Below, in pieces: positions 18,847 through 28,429 of a stretch of 60,582 nt of DNA. The notes under the pieces were generated by a model. That model worked only from the letters and a program-made list of their open reading frames with translations, did no database searches and had not been told where the DNA came from. The first letter of the stretch is position 1, and the number at the start of each line of letters is the position of its first letter. Both the position numbers and the translations under genes were made by a program. This DNA comes from a virus (Duplodnaviria > Caudoviricetes), in IMG/VR virus record IMGVR_UViG_3300047094_000624, positions 1 through 60,582 of that record; one strand, given 5' to 3'.

Positions 18847-19402
18847 TAATCCTCGCTAAGTTACTCTGAACCGATGCTTTATAGTCAGGAGATATATCCA
18901 TAACATCTAGTTGTTTAAATATTTCTGCTGATTCGTCTTTGCGACCTATCCACCAAGCAGATACTGCTTTTTCAAATAGTAAAACATATTCTCCGTGGTA
19001 ATCAGTATTCATAGGTAAAGGTTCTAATTCTAATTTAGAAAACGTTAATCCTACTTGAGCAAAGGTATAGGCTTCTTGCCATTGACCAGCTCTTTCATGA
19101 AATCTAGATAAAAAGAAATATCCTTCTGGTCTGTTAGGTATATGAGAAATAGCTTGAAGTATGCAATTACTTACAGTGTGAGCTCTATCTTTTTGGTCAT
19201 CAAAACATACTGACATTCTTAATAATGCACTATAAGCAAGTAATGGATGTGATTCATATCCATACTCTGCAGTTCTTAAATAAAAAGAAACAGCAGAAGC
19301 AGTCTGGCTTAATTCATCATATTTTTTAGCAATTTCAAAATTAAGTGCTGGGTTATACATATCATGAGCAGCAGACTTAACTAACTCTTCAATTGAACTC
19401 AT
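18833..19402 (-). CDS. tetratricopeptide-repeat protein
   Basis: Helical repeats, PNRPEGYFFLS. Confidence 0.7.
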   Translation of the reverse strand: MSSIEELVKSAAHDMYNPALNFEIAKKYDELSQTASAVSFYLRTAEYGYESHPLLAYSALLRMSVCFDDQKDRAHTVSNCILQAISHIPNRPEGYFFLSRFHERAGQWQEAYTFAQVGLTFSKLELEPLPMNTDYHGEYVLLFEKAVSAWWIGRKDESAEIFKQLDVMDISPDYKASVQSNLARINVAV

Positions 19403-20396
19403 AAGTCAAAGCCTCCATAATCATGTCTTCCACTACACCTCTAGGGGTTCTTAAAACAAATGCAGCATTATCTTGGAATCCAAAACTGATTAGTAAATCA
19501 CCTTGAAACTCTGCTATACCCACGCAGAATTCCACGCGGCCATCAAGAAATGTAAACTTGTTAGGAGATAACCCTACCAGATTTAATTGGTCATCCCAAA
19601 CTGCCAACCTATGAAAGTATAGACCATCTTTTTGTCCTAAGTAATTTTTAAACAATATAACTTCGTGATGGATAGATATATACATATTTCCCCAACGTAT
19701 TAATTGAGAACTACCACGTTGGTCTGATGGGGGAGTTAAGTTCTGTCTAAAAGATACTTGGTCACATTTAGGCTCTGTTGGGTGAGCCCTAACTACTTCT
19801 ACTGGAGAGCACCATTTAATAAAATGATAGGGCTTATCTAATATAGGAACCCAGTTCTTCTCACAGTAAGAGTTATTAAGACCGGGTGTAGGAATTCTTA
19901 ATCTTGATACTTCTTTAACATTCCAATTTGCCTTATCTATTTCAATCTTAGATAGTTCCATACGACCTTCGCCATTAGTTGTCGTATCTCTTCTAACTCC
20001 TATTAAGTAGTATTCGTTATCCCATTGAACTAAACGGCAATCTTCTTCTCCTACAAATTCCCATATAGGAGGTACGTCTAGAGCAGAGGTATCTACTTTG
20101 GCATAGTCTGTCATTTTTAAGTTCTTATCAAGACGACATAAGTAATTAGTAGTAACTAGTCTTAAATCTTTTTCTGGATGTAAATATGAAAGTGGCCCCC
20201 ACCTAGAAGAAAACAATTGTTTATTTTCAGCATGGTAAAGGGTGTAGTTAACGTGCCTTAGATTGACTAGAATATCTCCATCATTATCAATAAAAATAGA
20301 TGGGTTCATTAAACCTGTACCTGATGTAAGACCTTTAGATATAACTAACGGTGCTAATTCCCCGCCGTATTGAACGGCTCTTTGTACAAGGTTCAT
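19389..20396 (-). CDS. five-bladed beta-propeller glycoside hydrolase/phosphorylase-like protein (GH130/GH43-like)
   Basis: MNPSI, GEEDCRL, EKNWVP, VEFCVG, ISFG.QD motifs. Confidence 0.7.
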   Translation of the reverse strand: MNLVQRAVQYGGELAPLVISKGLTSGTGLMNPSIFIDNDGDILVNLRHVNYTLYHAENKQLFSSRWGPLSYLHPEKDLRLVTTNYLCRLDKNLKMTDYAKVDTSALDVPPIWEFVGEEDCRLVQWDNEYYLIGVRRDTTTNGEGRMELSKIEIDKANWNVKEVSRLRIPTPGLNNSYCEKNWVPILDKPYHFIKWCSPVEVVRAHPTEPKCDQVSFRQNLTPPSDQRGSSQLIRWGNMYISIHHEVILFKNYLGQKDGLYFHRLAVWDDQLNLVGLSPNKFTFLDGRVEFCVGIAEFQGDLLISFGFQDNAAFVLRTPRGVVEDMIMEALTYEFN

Positions 20397-20405
20397 AAAA
20401 CAAGT

Positions 20406-20433
20406 CTACCCCACCAGTTTCCTGATGGGGTAG
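20406..20433 (-). terminator. intrinsic terminator
   Basis: CTACCCCATCAG-GAAA-CTGGTGGGGTAG followed by ACTTGTTTT. Confidence 0.75.
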
Positions 20434-20452
20434 CGCTCGGGTTATTGAAGGG

Positions 20453-23400
20453 TTATGCTTGTGCTTCTGTCCAGGTTAAGCGTCCTATTACCTGTTGGGC
20501 AGTTGTTGAAACGTTAGTTACAACGATTGTTAAAGTATCAGGACCGTCTGGGTACACACCGTTATTTACATAAGGTCCGCCACCGCCAAGGACTGAGTTT
20601 CCTAAATCACGAACATCTGACAAATTAAGTGTAGTTGTTGAGTTTGTTAAGAATCCTCCTGTTACTTCACCACCTTGTAGTATTACAGGGCTACCTGTTG
20701 CTGCAATTGTTGAATAGTCAGCAATTTGAGCAAAAGTAGAGTTTGGAGTAAATCTTTGTCCTCTAATTGCATCAGTCCATAACAAGTTAGCTGTTGATAG
20801 TGGATTGAATGGAGTACCGTTCAAGAATGCTTGTACAAGAACGTTACCTGTTGTTGTGGACAAGAGGGATACACCAAGTGCTCTTAGTTGTAGCTGAGTA
20901 CGGTTAAGAATTTCACGAGCACCAAATGCTGCAGGAACACCGTTGTCAATAGATGGGGAGATACGGATTGACAACAAGGCCTTGGTTGCAGCACCTGAGA
21001 ATGTAAGTGCAACTGATGCAAGTGACACAGCGTTGTTAAGAACAATTGCTGTACCAGATGTTACAGACACTACGAATGTACCTCTTGGAACTGCTGTACC
21101 AGCGTCAGTTACATACATACCAGGCACAATGTTTGTGTTGGATGCAGCTAGTGTGACGTTTACAGATGAACCAGAAGTTGTTCCAGTCGCTGTTGTACCA
21201 GCAAGAGGAGCCAATTGGGTTGGAACTGTTTGACCATATGTGAAGTTTAATGACTTATCATCATCAAAGCGACCATCCATGATTACAGAAGTACCCCAGT
21301 GGCTAATAATTGGAGCAAATGTTGGGAATGATTGTTCAACAGTTGTTGGAGCAGTTGCTGAGAACGTAAAGGTTTGACCTGTAGGACTCATTGGAGGAAT
21401 AATTACTGTTGGGTTTGCAGTAGTTGGGGCTGAAGACAGCACCAAAGTAGTACCTTGGATGTATTCAATCTTTGTACCTTCTGCAAATGCAGGGTGAACA
21501 ATTCTTTGACCAACTTGTAAGTTAGCTGCAGAACCAACTGTTGCTACGTTTGAACCAGCTGCAACTGTTAGAGCAATAGAAGTGTTACCAGTTCCTGCAC
21601 GAACTACACCGGTTATTGTGTTTGAAGTTAAACCTGTGTATGTAACAATTTCTTGAGTTGAGCCGTTTCTGATTGTTGCATTTCCTGGGTAGGAGCTAAA
21701 GGTAACTGAACCAGATACGGCACCTGTGTTGTTTGCAGATAATGTAATTGTGTTACCGCTAATTGCAGTTATTACAGTTCCAGCAGTTACGTTAGATATG
21801 TTAACAAACATACCTGTTGTAAGGTTAGTTGTTGATGCAACCGTGATAGTTGGAGTAGCATTTGAACCAGTACAGGTTGTAGTAGCGACTACTGGACGGT
21901 AGAAACCAGTTGTGTCAGAAACGTTAATTGTAGTATCGGCACCACCAACTGTTGCAGTTGTTTGAGTAAACGCAGGTTGTCCCGATACTTCATAACGAGC
22001 TGGTAAGTTACCAGAACGCATGTAAGCAGATGAATTAACGTTGTTGTTTTGAACTTTGTGGCAGTAAACTACTTCGCCTCTAGGTCCACGGAATCCCCAA
22101 CGAATTGAGCCTGCGCCGTACCATGAATAATCAAGGTAGAACATTTGCATCTTGGTTAGGTCTAATCTGTAACCAGAAGGACCTGTTCCATCAGCTTTGT
22201 CCAAGTTCCATGCAGATTGTGGTGTTTTTACGTCAACTGTTTTTGAAACAATTACGTTATTAGCAGTTGTACCACGGTATGGAGGTGTGATTGTCATCGA
22301 TGTATCAGATGCAATGTTATCAATTCTATATGACTGTCCACGAATAACAATAAGGTCATTAGGCACTAATTGTTTTGTAAACAATGTAGGTGTCTGAGCA
22401 GCGTTGAATTGGGTTACAGTGCTTGAGTTGTTAGTTACAGAAACACGACCTGCAATTTGGAATGTTGAGCTACGACGAACTGCGGATAGAGTTTGTCCGT
22501 CATATTCAAAGAACATACCATTTTGTTGGTCAAAGATACCTAAACGAGCAATTCCACCAGACCAGGTGTCAACTGCAAGAGTTGCATTTCCTGTTGCAGG
22601 CGATACTGCAGGTGTTGAAATTGGAGCATATGTAAATGTATCCAAACCAGTAACACCAACAACTGTAAAGTTACCGTTGTAACCGTTTTCGTTAGCACCA
22701 GAGATGTTTACGATATAACCAGGTTGTAAGTTGTGACGCTCTTTAGTTTTAGCAGCAACTAATGCGCCAGATACTGTTAACGAATCAAGGCTGATTGTAG
22801 GTTTCAAAATAGTTCCTGAAGAAACTTGAATACCTTTACCTGATTGGTAACGGAAGTAACGACGTGTTTGACGAACCAAAGATACGTTGTTGCTACCTGC
22901 GTTTGAAGAGAAAAGAACTCCACCGTCAAATGAGCGATGGATTACTTGACCCTGTGCACGTGTATAGATTGCTGTAAAGAAGTTAATTGTTGTAGTTGAC
23001 AAGGCTGCAGTTGTTGTTTGTGAAATTGAAACAATTGTTCCTTGTACACCAGTTACTACAGTTCCTGCAGGAATACCAGCACCAACTACAGGCATACCAG
23101 CTAGTACGTTTGCTACAGAAGCACATATTAAGAATTGGCTACCTATAACCGCAGTTGCAGTAGTTGTTAATGGGTTGTGTGAGATTGTTCCTGTTGGAGT
23201 TGCATCAGCAACGTATTGGAATACTGTTGGGCTGTTTACAGCGGTTACAGCATAGTTTCCGTTAGGAGCGTTTGTTGTAGCAATTGAGCCGTGTACTGCA
23301 ATTTCGTTACCAACTGACAACCCGTGTGGGGTTGAAGTTGTAACAGTTATGACTTGACCTGAGTTTGTTAATGCTGATGCACCAATTAAGAATGCATCTT

Positions 23401-24571
23401 TATAGTAAGGACCTGTTGCAACAACAGTCTTGTTTGCATCAAAAATTGTTTGAGATGCCCAACCTGTTGGGGTTGAACCTCTTGCTACGTAAGACCATGA
23501 AGTTTCAGATGCTCTACCTGTAACTTGGTAGTTACCGTTTGCACCTAAGTTATAAGTATCAGAAATTAATACTGGAGTTCCAATTGGAGGAGCAACGTTA
23601 ATTGTTACAGTTCCAGCACCTGTTGATTGACCAGTTGTAGAACCAGCAATAACGAATGTTGTTGCAGAAGGAGTTGCGAGAACTTGTGCTGGGATACCAG
23701 ATGTAGTGTTATATCCAGAAGCAGTTACACCAGTAACAGTTACCCATTGTCCTGGGTTAATGTTATGAGCAGAGGCTGTTGTGTAGTACATAAAAGTACC
23801 ATTACCTTGAACACCAGTTGCAGTAGTTGCTACTGTTGTAGTTGCTTGAGTAACTGTAATTGTCTTAGAACCAGCAGTGCTTGTTTGCATATCTGTAACA
23901 GATAATTGGTTAAACAATTGATGTGCAGCATATGGACGCAAGTTAGTTGTGGTAACTGTTTCCCACTTAGATGCTTGTGTACCGTATTCAAAGTCAGTAT
24001 CAATTAGTGCCTGTGGTTCAGAAATACGTAGTTTACCTACTGGGTCAGTAAGCTCTTCTGATGGATTTATTCTTTCGTTAAACTCATCAATAACAATTTG
24101 CAATTTGTCTGTTGCAAACATTCCAGCTGTAGTGGCGTTAAGAACAATTACTGTATTTTCGTTTGCAGCAACTTGACCACCTTGAACATATGTGCCAGTT
24201 ACTGTTGAAGCAACTGTAAATGTTGATGCAGTTGCAGCAGTTACTACTACACCGTTTAAGTTAAATGAGTTTGGTACTGCACCTGTAATTGTTATAATTT
24301 GTCCAGGTGTAAATGTGTTTGCTGCAGTGAATGTTACTGCTGTGCCTGTTGTTGTAGCACCAGTAATTTGTGCAGTTAACTGACCAGTTCCATAAGTAGT
24401 AAGAGAAGTTGCTCTTAATGAAGCGTCAGAGAAGTTGTAAATAACTTGGTTAGTTCTTTCATTTGTAATTAAAACAAGACGTTCTAAAGGAATAATTTTG
24501 TTTTGAATTACTAAAGTTTTTGTGGAAGGGGTTAGTAAGTATCCACCTTCGGTAAATGTTTTTCTTGCCAT
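20453..24571 (-). CDS. large virion fibre/spike protein with multiple FCCH-like repeats
   Basis: 1372 aa, Thr-rich; RQTRRYFRYQSGKG and SWYGAGSIRWG core; repeats such as HGLSVGN.I.V.G....NG.Y.V. Confidence 0.75.
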   Translation of the reverse strand: MARKTFTEGGYLLTPSTKTLVIQNKIIPLERLVLITNERTNQVIYNFSDASLRATSLTTYGTGQLTAQITGATTTGTAVTFTAANTFTPGQIITITGAVPNSFNLNGVVVTAATASTFTVASTVTGTYVQGGQVAANENTVIVLNATTAGMFATDKLQIVIDEFNERINPSEELTDPVGKLRISEPQALIDTDFEYGTQASKWETVTTTNLRPYAAHQLFNQLSVTDMQTSTAGSKTITVTQATTTVATTATGVQGNGTFMYYTTASAHNINPGQWVTVTGVTASGYNTTSGIPAQVLATPSATTFVIAGSTTGQSTGAGTVTINVAPPIGTPVLISDTYNLGANGNYQVTGRASETSWSYVARGSTPTGWASQTIFDANKTVVATGPYYKDAFLIGASALTNSGQVITVTTSTPHGLSVGNEIAVHGSIATTNAPNGNYAVTAVNSPTVFQYVADATPTGTISHNPLTTTATAVIGSQFLICASVANVLAGMPVVGAGIPAGTVVTGVQGTIVSISQTTTAALSTTTINFFTAIYTRAQGQVIHRSFDGGVLFSSNAGSNNVSLVRQTRRYFRYQSGKGIQVSSGTILKPTISLDSLTVSGALVAAKTKERHNLQPGYIVNISGANENGYNGNFTVVGVTGLDTFTYAPISTPAVSPATGNATLAVDTWSGGIARLGIFDQQNGMFFEYDGQTLSAVRRSSTFQIAGRVSVTNNSSTVTQFNAAQTPTLFTKQLVPNDLIVIRGQSYRIDNIASDTSMTITPPYRGTTANNVIVSKTVDVKTPQSAWNLDKADGTGPSGYRLDLTKMQMFYLDYSWYGAGSIRWGFRGPRGEVVYCHKVQNNNVNSSAYMRSGNLPARYEVSGQPAFTQTTATVGGADTTINVSDTTGFYRPVVATTTCTGSNATPTITVASTTNLTTGMFVNISNVTAGTVITAISGNTITLSANNTGAVSGSVTFSSYPGNATIRNGSTQEIVTYTGLTSNTITGVVRAGTGNTSIALTVAAGSNVATVGSAANLQVGQRIVHPAFAEGTKIEYIQGTTLVLSSAPTTANPTVIIPPMSPTGQTFTFSATAPTTVEQSFPTFAPIISHWGTSVIMDGRFDDDKSLNFTYGQTVPTQLAPLAGTTATGTTSGSSVNVTLAASNTNIVPGMYVTDAGTAVPRGTFVVSVTSGTAIVLNNAVSLASVALTFSGAATKALLSIRISPSIDNGVPAAFGAREILNRTQLQLRALGVSLLSTTTGNVLVQAFLNGTPFNPLSTANLLWTDAIRGQRFTPNSTFAQIADYSTIAATGSPVILQGGEVTGGFLTNSTTTLNLSDVRDLGNSVLGGGGPYVNNGVYPDGPDTLTIVVTNVSTTAQQVIGRLTWTEAQA

Positions 24572-24574
24572 GTG

Positions 24575-25081
24575 CTAAAAAGCTCCCATCAATAAATCCG
24601 CCGCTGCGAACGGATAAGTCGTTGTTAAAGTTGTAGTAGTAGGACCCACTAAAACTCTTCCTTCAAAAAGAGCACCTGCTGCAGGAGGTGTTAAGAACAC
24701 CAGATAACCGTCGTCATCTACTCTAATTCCATTTGTTGGCGCCAGTGGGTTGTCCCATGTCACAAACGAGTTCTTGACAATTTGAACTATACCATTCAAG
24801 CTTACCAAGAGTCTTAATGAATTACTAACCGTAACAGGGTCTCCGTTATAGGTTAATAAAAACCTTGTTTCTGTACCATTGAATTGGTTGGATAGACTAT
24901 CTAAGATTTGTATCTCAGAAACTGCGCCTGCAACACCCTGAACACCTTGTAGGCCTTGAAGACCTTGAGGTCCTAGGGTTGTGCTTGTTGCTTGCCAGCC
25001 ATAGCCTGTCCAAGTCCAGGTGCGACTTCCAAAGGTATAGACGTCACCAGGAGCCGGCGAATTGGGAAAATCAATTGGCAT
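24575..25081 (-). CDS. short collagen-containing fibre adaptor
   Basis: MPIDFPNSP N-module, short QG repeat, LLVSLNGIVQ, ends LLMGAF. Confidence 0.7.
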   Translation of the reverse strand: MPIDFPNSPAPGDVYTFGSRTWTWTGYGWQATSTTLGPQGLQGLQGVQGVAGAVSEIQILDSLSNQFNGTETRFLLTYNGDPVTVSNSLRLLVSLNGIVQIVKNSFVTWDNPLAPTNGIRVDDDGYLVFLTPPAAGALFEGRVLVGPTTTTLTTTYPFAAADLLMGAF

Positions 25082-25145
25082 GTTAATTAACTCTTCTGTA
25101 GAAGGGGTATTTTAAGTATACGAGTTTATTTTAAGAATTATTGTG

Positions 25146-25271
25146 TTATTCTCTTGGAGTTTCATCAGTTCTGTTATAACCAATAACTTCATTAGTTTCA
25201 GCGTCCCTGACTTCTGTAACTCTCAAGCCGTCAATAACCCCTAAATCAACCAGCGTTACTTCTGTAGCCAT
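25146..25271 (-). CDS. 41-aa acidic protein (fibre chaperone candidate)
   Basis: Read by hand: MATEVTLVDLG...; TAATG coupling to the upstream fibre gene. Confidence 0.55.
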   Translation of the reverse strand: MATEVTLVDLGVIDGLRVTEVRDAETNEVIGYNRTDETPRE

Positions 25272-26488
25272 TATGAACCTCTAAACCATGGGACTTGGTC
25301 CGAAGGACCGTTTATTGTTGTACTTACTAGTAAATCAGTTTGTCCAGTCCTTACGCCACTTATACGAGGACTTAAAGCTCCAATTACACCAGCATTGTTG
25401 TCTCCAAGAGGAGCGTTGTAAATAGTAGGCATAGTAGCTGCAACAACAATATAAGCAAAAGCATATCTAGAACCCGCAGTTAGTGTGTAACTAGCTGGAT
25501 ATCCACCTGTTGTTGAAAACGAACGTGTGTAAGATGTGTAAAGACTATTAAATAAAGTTGTGTCATCTGCTGTACGAGCTACTAATGTAGCTGTAGTGCC
25601 ATCAAATGTGTAAAGCCCCATTCTTGCTGCAGTACAAGAAGCAGCAGGGATACTTGAGTTACCCATAGTTATTTGGGATATTGTCATTGTTTCTAATGGA
25701 GTAAAGAAAGAAAAAGTTATGTAACCAGAGTAACCGTTGTAGGAATGAAGAACGTTATATCTATCTGGTACATCTATTGTTGAAGATGATTGCCCAACTT
25801 TTGTTTGATAATTAGCTAAAAAGCTAGAACCTAATGTATAAGCAGTTCTTACTGAATTAGGAGTTGCTGCTTTAGTAACACTTGTGCTTGATACAGAGTC
25901 TTCTAATTGAACTGCTCCTACAACACTTGTTGTAGATGCTGGAATACCAATTACAGCAGCAGTAGTAGTTCCTGAATTAGTTATAGGAAAACTTACATCT
26001 ACTGTAGTGTTAAAACCTTGTAGGCCTTGAAACCCTTGAGTTCCTTGTACACCTTGATTAGAAATTCCTTGCGTTCCTTGTAGCCCTGTTAATCCTTGAA
26101 TTCCTGAGAAACCAGATGCGGAAACTTCAACCCAAGCGTTATTAGTTCCATCAAATAAATATGTGTATTCAATTCCAGAGTTTGAATCTACCCAACGGTC
26201 TCCTAGTAAAGGACTTACTGGAGGATTTGCATCAAAATAAATTGCAGCATTCGGTCCTTGATTTCCTTGTAATCCTTGCGCACCAAGTAAGCCATCTGTT
26301 CCTTGAGCTCCTTGGATACCAAGTGGTCCTTGAACACCTTGAAAACCAATACCTATTGAACCCTGTGCACCTGTTGTTCCTTGAACAGTTCCAAGAGCAA
26401 GCCAAACTTCGCCGTTCCATTTCCATGAACGGCCGCTATATGTATAAACGTCATCTAGTAAAGGACTAGACGGAAAACTAATTGGCAA
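25271..26488 (-). CDS. collagen-like tail fibre protein
   Basis: FP.SP N-module, QG repeats, fibre repeat GAVQLEDSVSSTS...AATPNSVR. Confidence 0.82.
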   Translation of the reverse strand: MPISFPSSPLLDDVYTYSGRSWKWNGEVWLALGTVQGTTGAQGSIGIGFQGVQGPLGIQGAQGTDGLLGAQGLQGNQGPNAAIYFDANPPVSPLLGDRWVDSNSGIEYTYLFDGTNNAWVEVSASGFSGIQGLTGLQGTQGISNQGVQGTQGFQGLQGFNTTVDVSFPITNSGTTTAAVIGIPASTTSVVGAVQLEDSVSSTSVTKAATPNSVRTAYTLGSSFLANYQTKVGQSSSTIDVPDRYNVLHSYNGYSGYITFSFFTPLETMTISQITMGNSSIPAASCTAARMGLYTFDGTTATLVARTADDTTLFNSLYTSYTRSFSTTGGYPASYTLTAGSRYAFAYIVVAATMPTIYNAPLGDNNAGVIGALSPRISGVRTGQTDLLVSTTINGPSDQVPWFRGS

Positions 26489-26524
26489 TTTTTACTCTTT
26501 TCTTTCTACTAAGTATATTGAATT

Positions 26525-27361
26525 TTATAAACTTAAAACTTTTGGATATCTTATAGAACACCAACCTGAACCCCCGCTACCACCCGTACCAATACCAAAA
26601 AATCTTGAGTATGCACCACCACCACCTGAACCAGAGTTAGTAGCACCTGAAGTTGCTGCAGTAGTGTTTTCATCTCCACCATTACCAGCACCTGAACCAC
26701 CAGAACCACCAGGAGAACCTCGAGAAGCAGCACCTCCTCCGCCTGCTTTACTAGATGTCATAGGTGTCCAACCAGAAGTAATTCTTCCCGTACCACCAGT
26801 TCTACCTGAAGCAGTACCGCCAGCACCGCCTCCTCCTCCGCCTGTGTCAGCTGAAGTGTTATTTGCACCAGCATTACCAAAACCGCCACTTGCTGAACTA
26901 GGTTGATTACCCGCACCAGCACCAGTTCCATAAGCACCCGAACCACCACCAGAGCCGCCTGCGCCACCTGCAACACGGTTAGTGTTATTGTTGTCAGAAT
27001 TTCCTCCACGACCGCCACCTTCAGCGATTAAACTACCAAAAGTTGAATTACCACCTTTGCTATTTGCTCCACCACCAGCTCCAATAACAACAGAATTGTT
27101 TCCTTCTAAAGCAGTAGTAGTTGTGTAAATATAACCACCAGCACCTCCGCCACCACCTCCGCCGCCGCCTGCGCCTGAATCAGAAGATGCACCTCCGCCT
27201 CCGCCGCCAATTAAAATAATTTCAACAGGAACATTTTGGTTAACAGTAAATGTGCTAGTACCAGTAGCGGTAAAAGTGTGATAAACATAATTATCATCTG
27301 ATGTAATAACTCCACCAGTTGAAATTACTTTTCCGCGTCTAACTTGAATACCTATTAACAT
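26525..27361 (-). CDS. glycine-rich adhesin-like virion protein
   Basis: [25 protein letters not shown]; start moved to MLIGIQ. Confidence 0.75.
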   Translation of the reverse strand: MLIGIQVRRGKVISTGGVITSDDNYVYHTFTATGTSTFTVNQNVPVEIILIGGGGGGASSDSGAGGGGGGGGGAGGYIYTTTTALEGNNSVVIGAGGGANSKGGNSTFGSLIAEGGGRGGNSDNNNTNRVAGGAGGSGGGSGAYGTGAGAGNQPSSASGGFGNAGANNTSADTGGGGGGAGGTASGRTGGTGRITSGWTPMTSSKAGGGGAASRGSPGGSGGSGAGNGGDENTTAATSGATNSGSGGGGAYSRFFGIGTGGSGGSGWCSIRYPKVLSL

Positions 27362-27362
27362 T

Positions 27363-28418
27363 TTAAAGAACCAAATTTCCAAATAAAAGCCATGTATTAG
27401 TATCAGTTTTAAGTAATCCTGCTACAGCATATTGAGCATATAGTTTTAACCTATTACCTTCTGATTGAACAGTAACTCCACCAGTTGCAACAATACTTGT
27501 TTGACCAGTACCTAATTGAGCAATGTTTATCATACTTCCTATAGGAAAAGGCGCAGTTGAATTAAGTGGAATTGTAATCGTATTAGCGCTTGAATTATTT
27601 GTTTGAATAACTGCATCTTTATCAGTTATTGCTAATGTGTAATTAGTAGTAACTCCTGTGTTTTGTAAACTAAATCCTTGAAGAGCATTATTAATTCCTT
27701 GCAATCCTTGAATGCCTTGAATTCCTTGTACGCCTTGTGGGCCTTGAACACCTTGTGGTCCTTGAATGCCTTGCAGTCCTTGTGGACCTTGAATACCCTG
27801 TGTTCCTTGTAGCTGTGCTGCTGGTCCTTGTACGCCTTGTGGGCCTTGAGTACCAACTAAGTTAGGAGTGTACTCAGCCCATACAGTTCCATCATAAATA
27901 GTTAATACACCAGTATTTGTATTTAACCAAGCATCTCCTGAACTTGGAGATACTGGAATTGTAGAAGATATTGTGTAAGTTCCAGGACCTTCAGTTCCTT
28001 GAATACCTTGAGTTCCTGCACCAGTTGCACCTTGAACACCTTGAGTTCCGGAAAAACCTGAAGCACTAACTTCTACCCATGTTAAGTTTGTACCATCGTC
28101 AATAAACGTGTACTCAATACCAGAGTTAGCGTCAACCCATCTATCACCTATTGATGGAGATACAGGTGGTGTTGTTCCAAAACTTATTGCAGCGTTAGGA
28201 CCTTGATTACCTTGTACACCTTGAACTCCTTGTAAACCTAAATCACCTTGAATACCTAATAAACCTTGAACACCCTGTAAACCTTGATTGCCTTGAATAC
28301 CAGCAACACCTTGTGCAGTTCCAACTGCTTTCCAAGAAACACCGTTCCAATACCAGGTGCGCCCGGAGTATGTATAAGTTTGATTTAAAAACGGGGTATT
28401 GGGAAAATCAATTGCCAT
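27363..28418 (-). CDS. collagen-like fibre protein
   Basis: N-module, QG repeats, C-terminal FPIGS...QLGTGQ...W..FGNL domain. Confidence 0.82.
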   Translation of the reverse strand: MAIDFPNTPFLNQTYTYSGRTWYWNGVSWKAVGTAQGVAGIQGNQGLQGVQGLLGIQGDLGLQGVQGVQGNQGPNAAISFGTTPPVSPSIGDRWVDANSGIEYTFIDDGTNLTWVEVSASGFSGTQGVQGATGAGTQGIQGTEGPGTYTISSTIPVSPSSGDAWLNTNTGVLTIYDGTVWAEYTPNLVGTQGPQGVQGPAAQLQGTQGIQGPQGLQGIQGPQGVQGPQGVQGIQGIQGLQGINNALQGFSLQNTGVTTNYTLAITDKDAVIQTNNSSANTITIPLNSTAPFPIGSMINIAQLGTGQTSIVATGGVTVQSEGNRLKLYAQYAVAGLLKTDTNTWLLFGNLVL

Positions 28419-28429
28419 GGCTCACCTTC

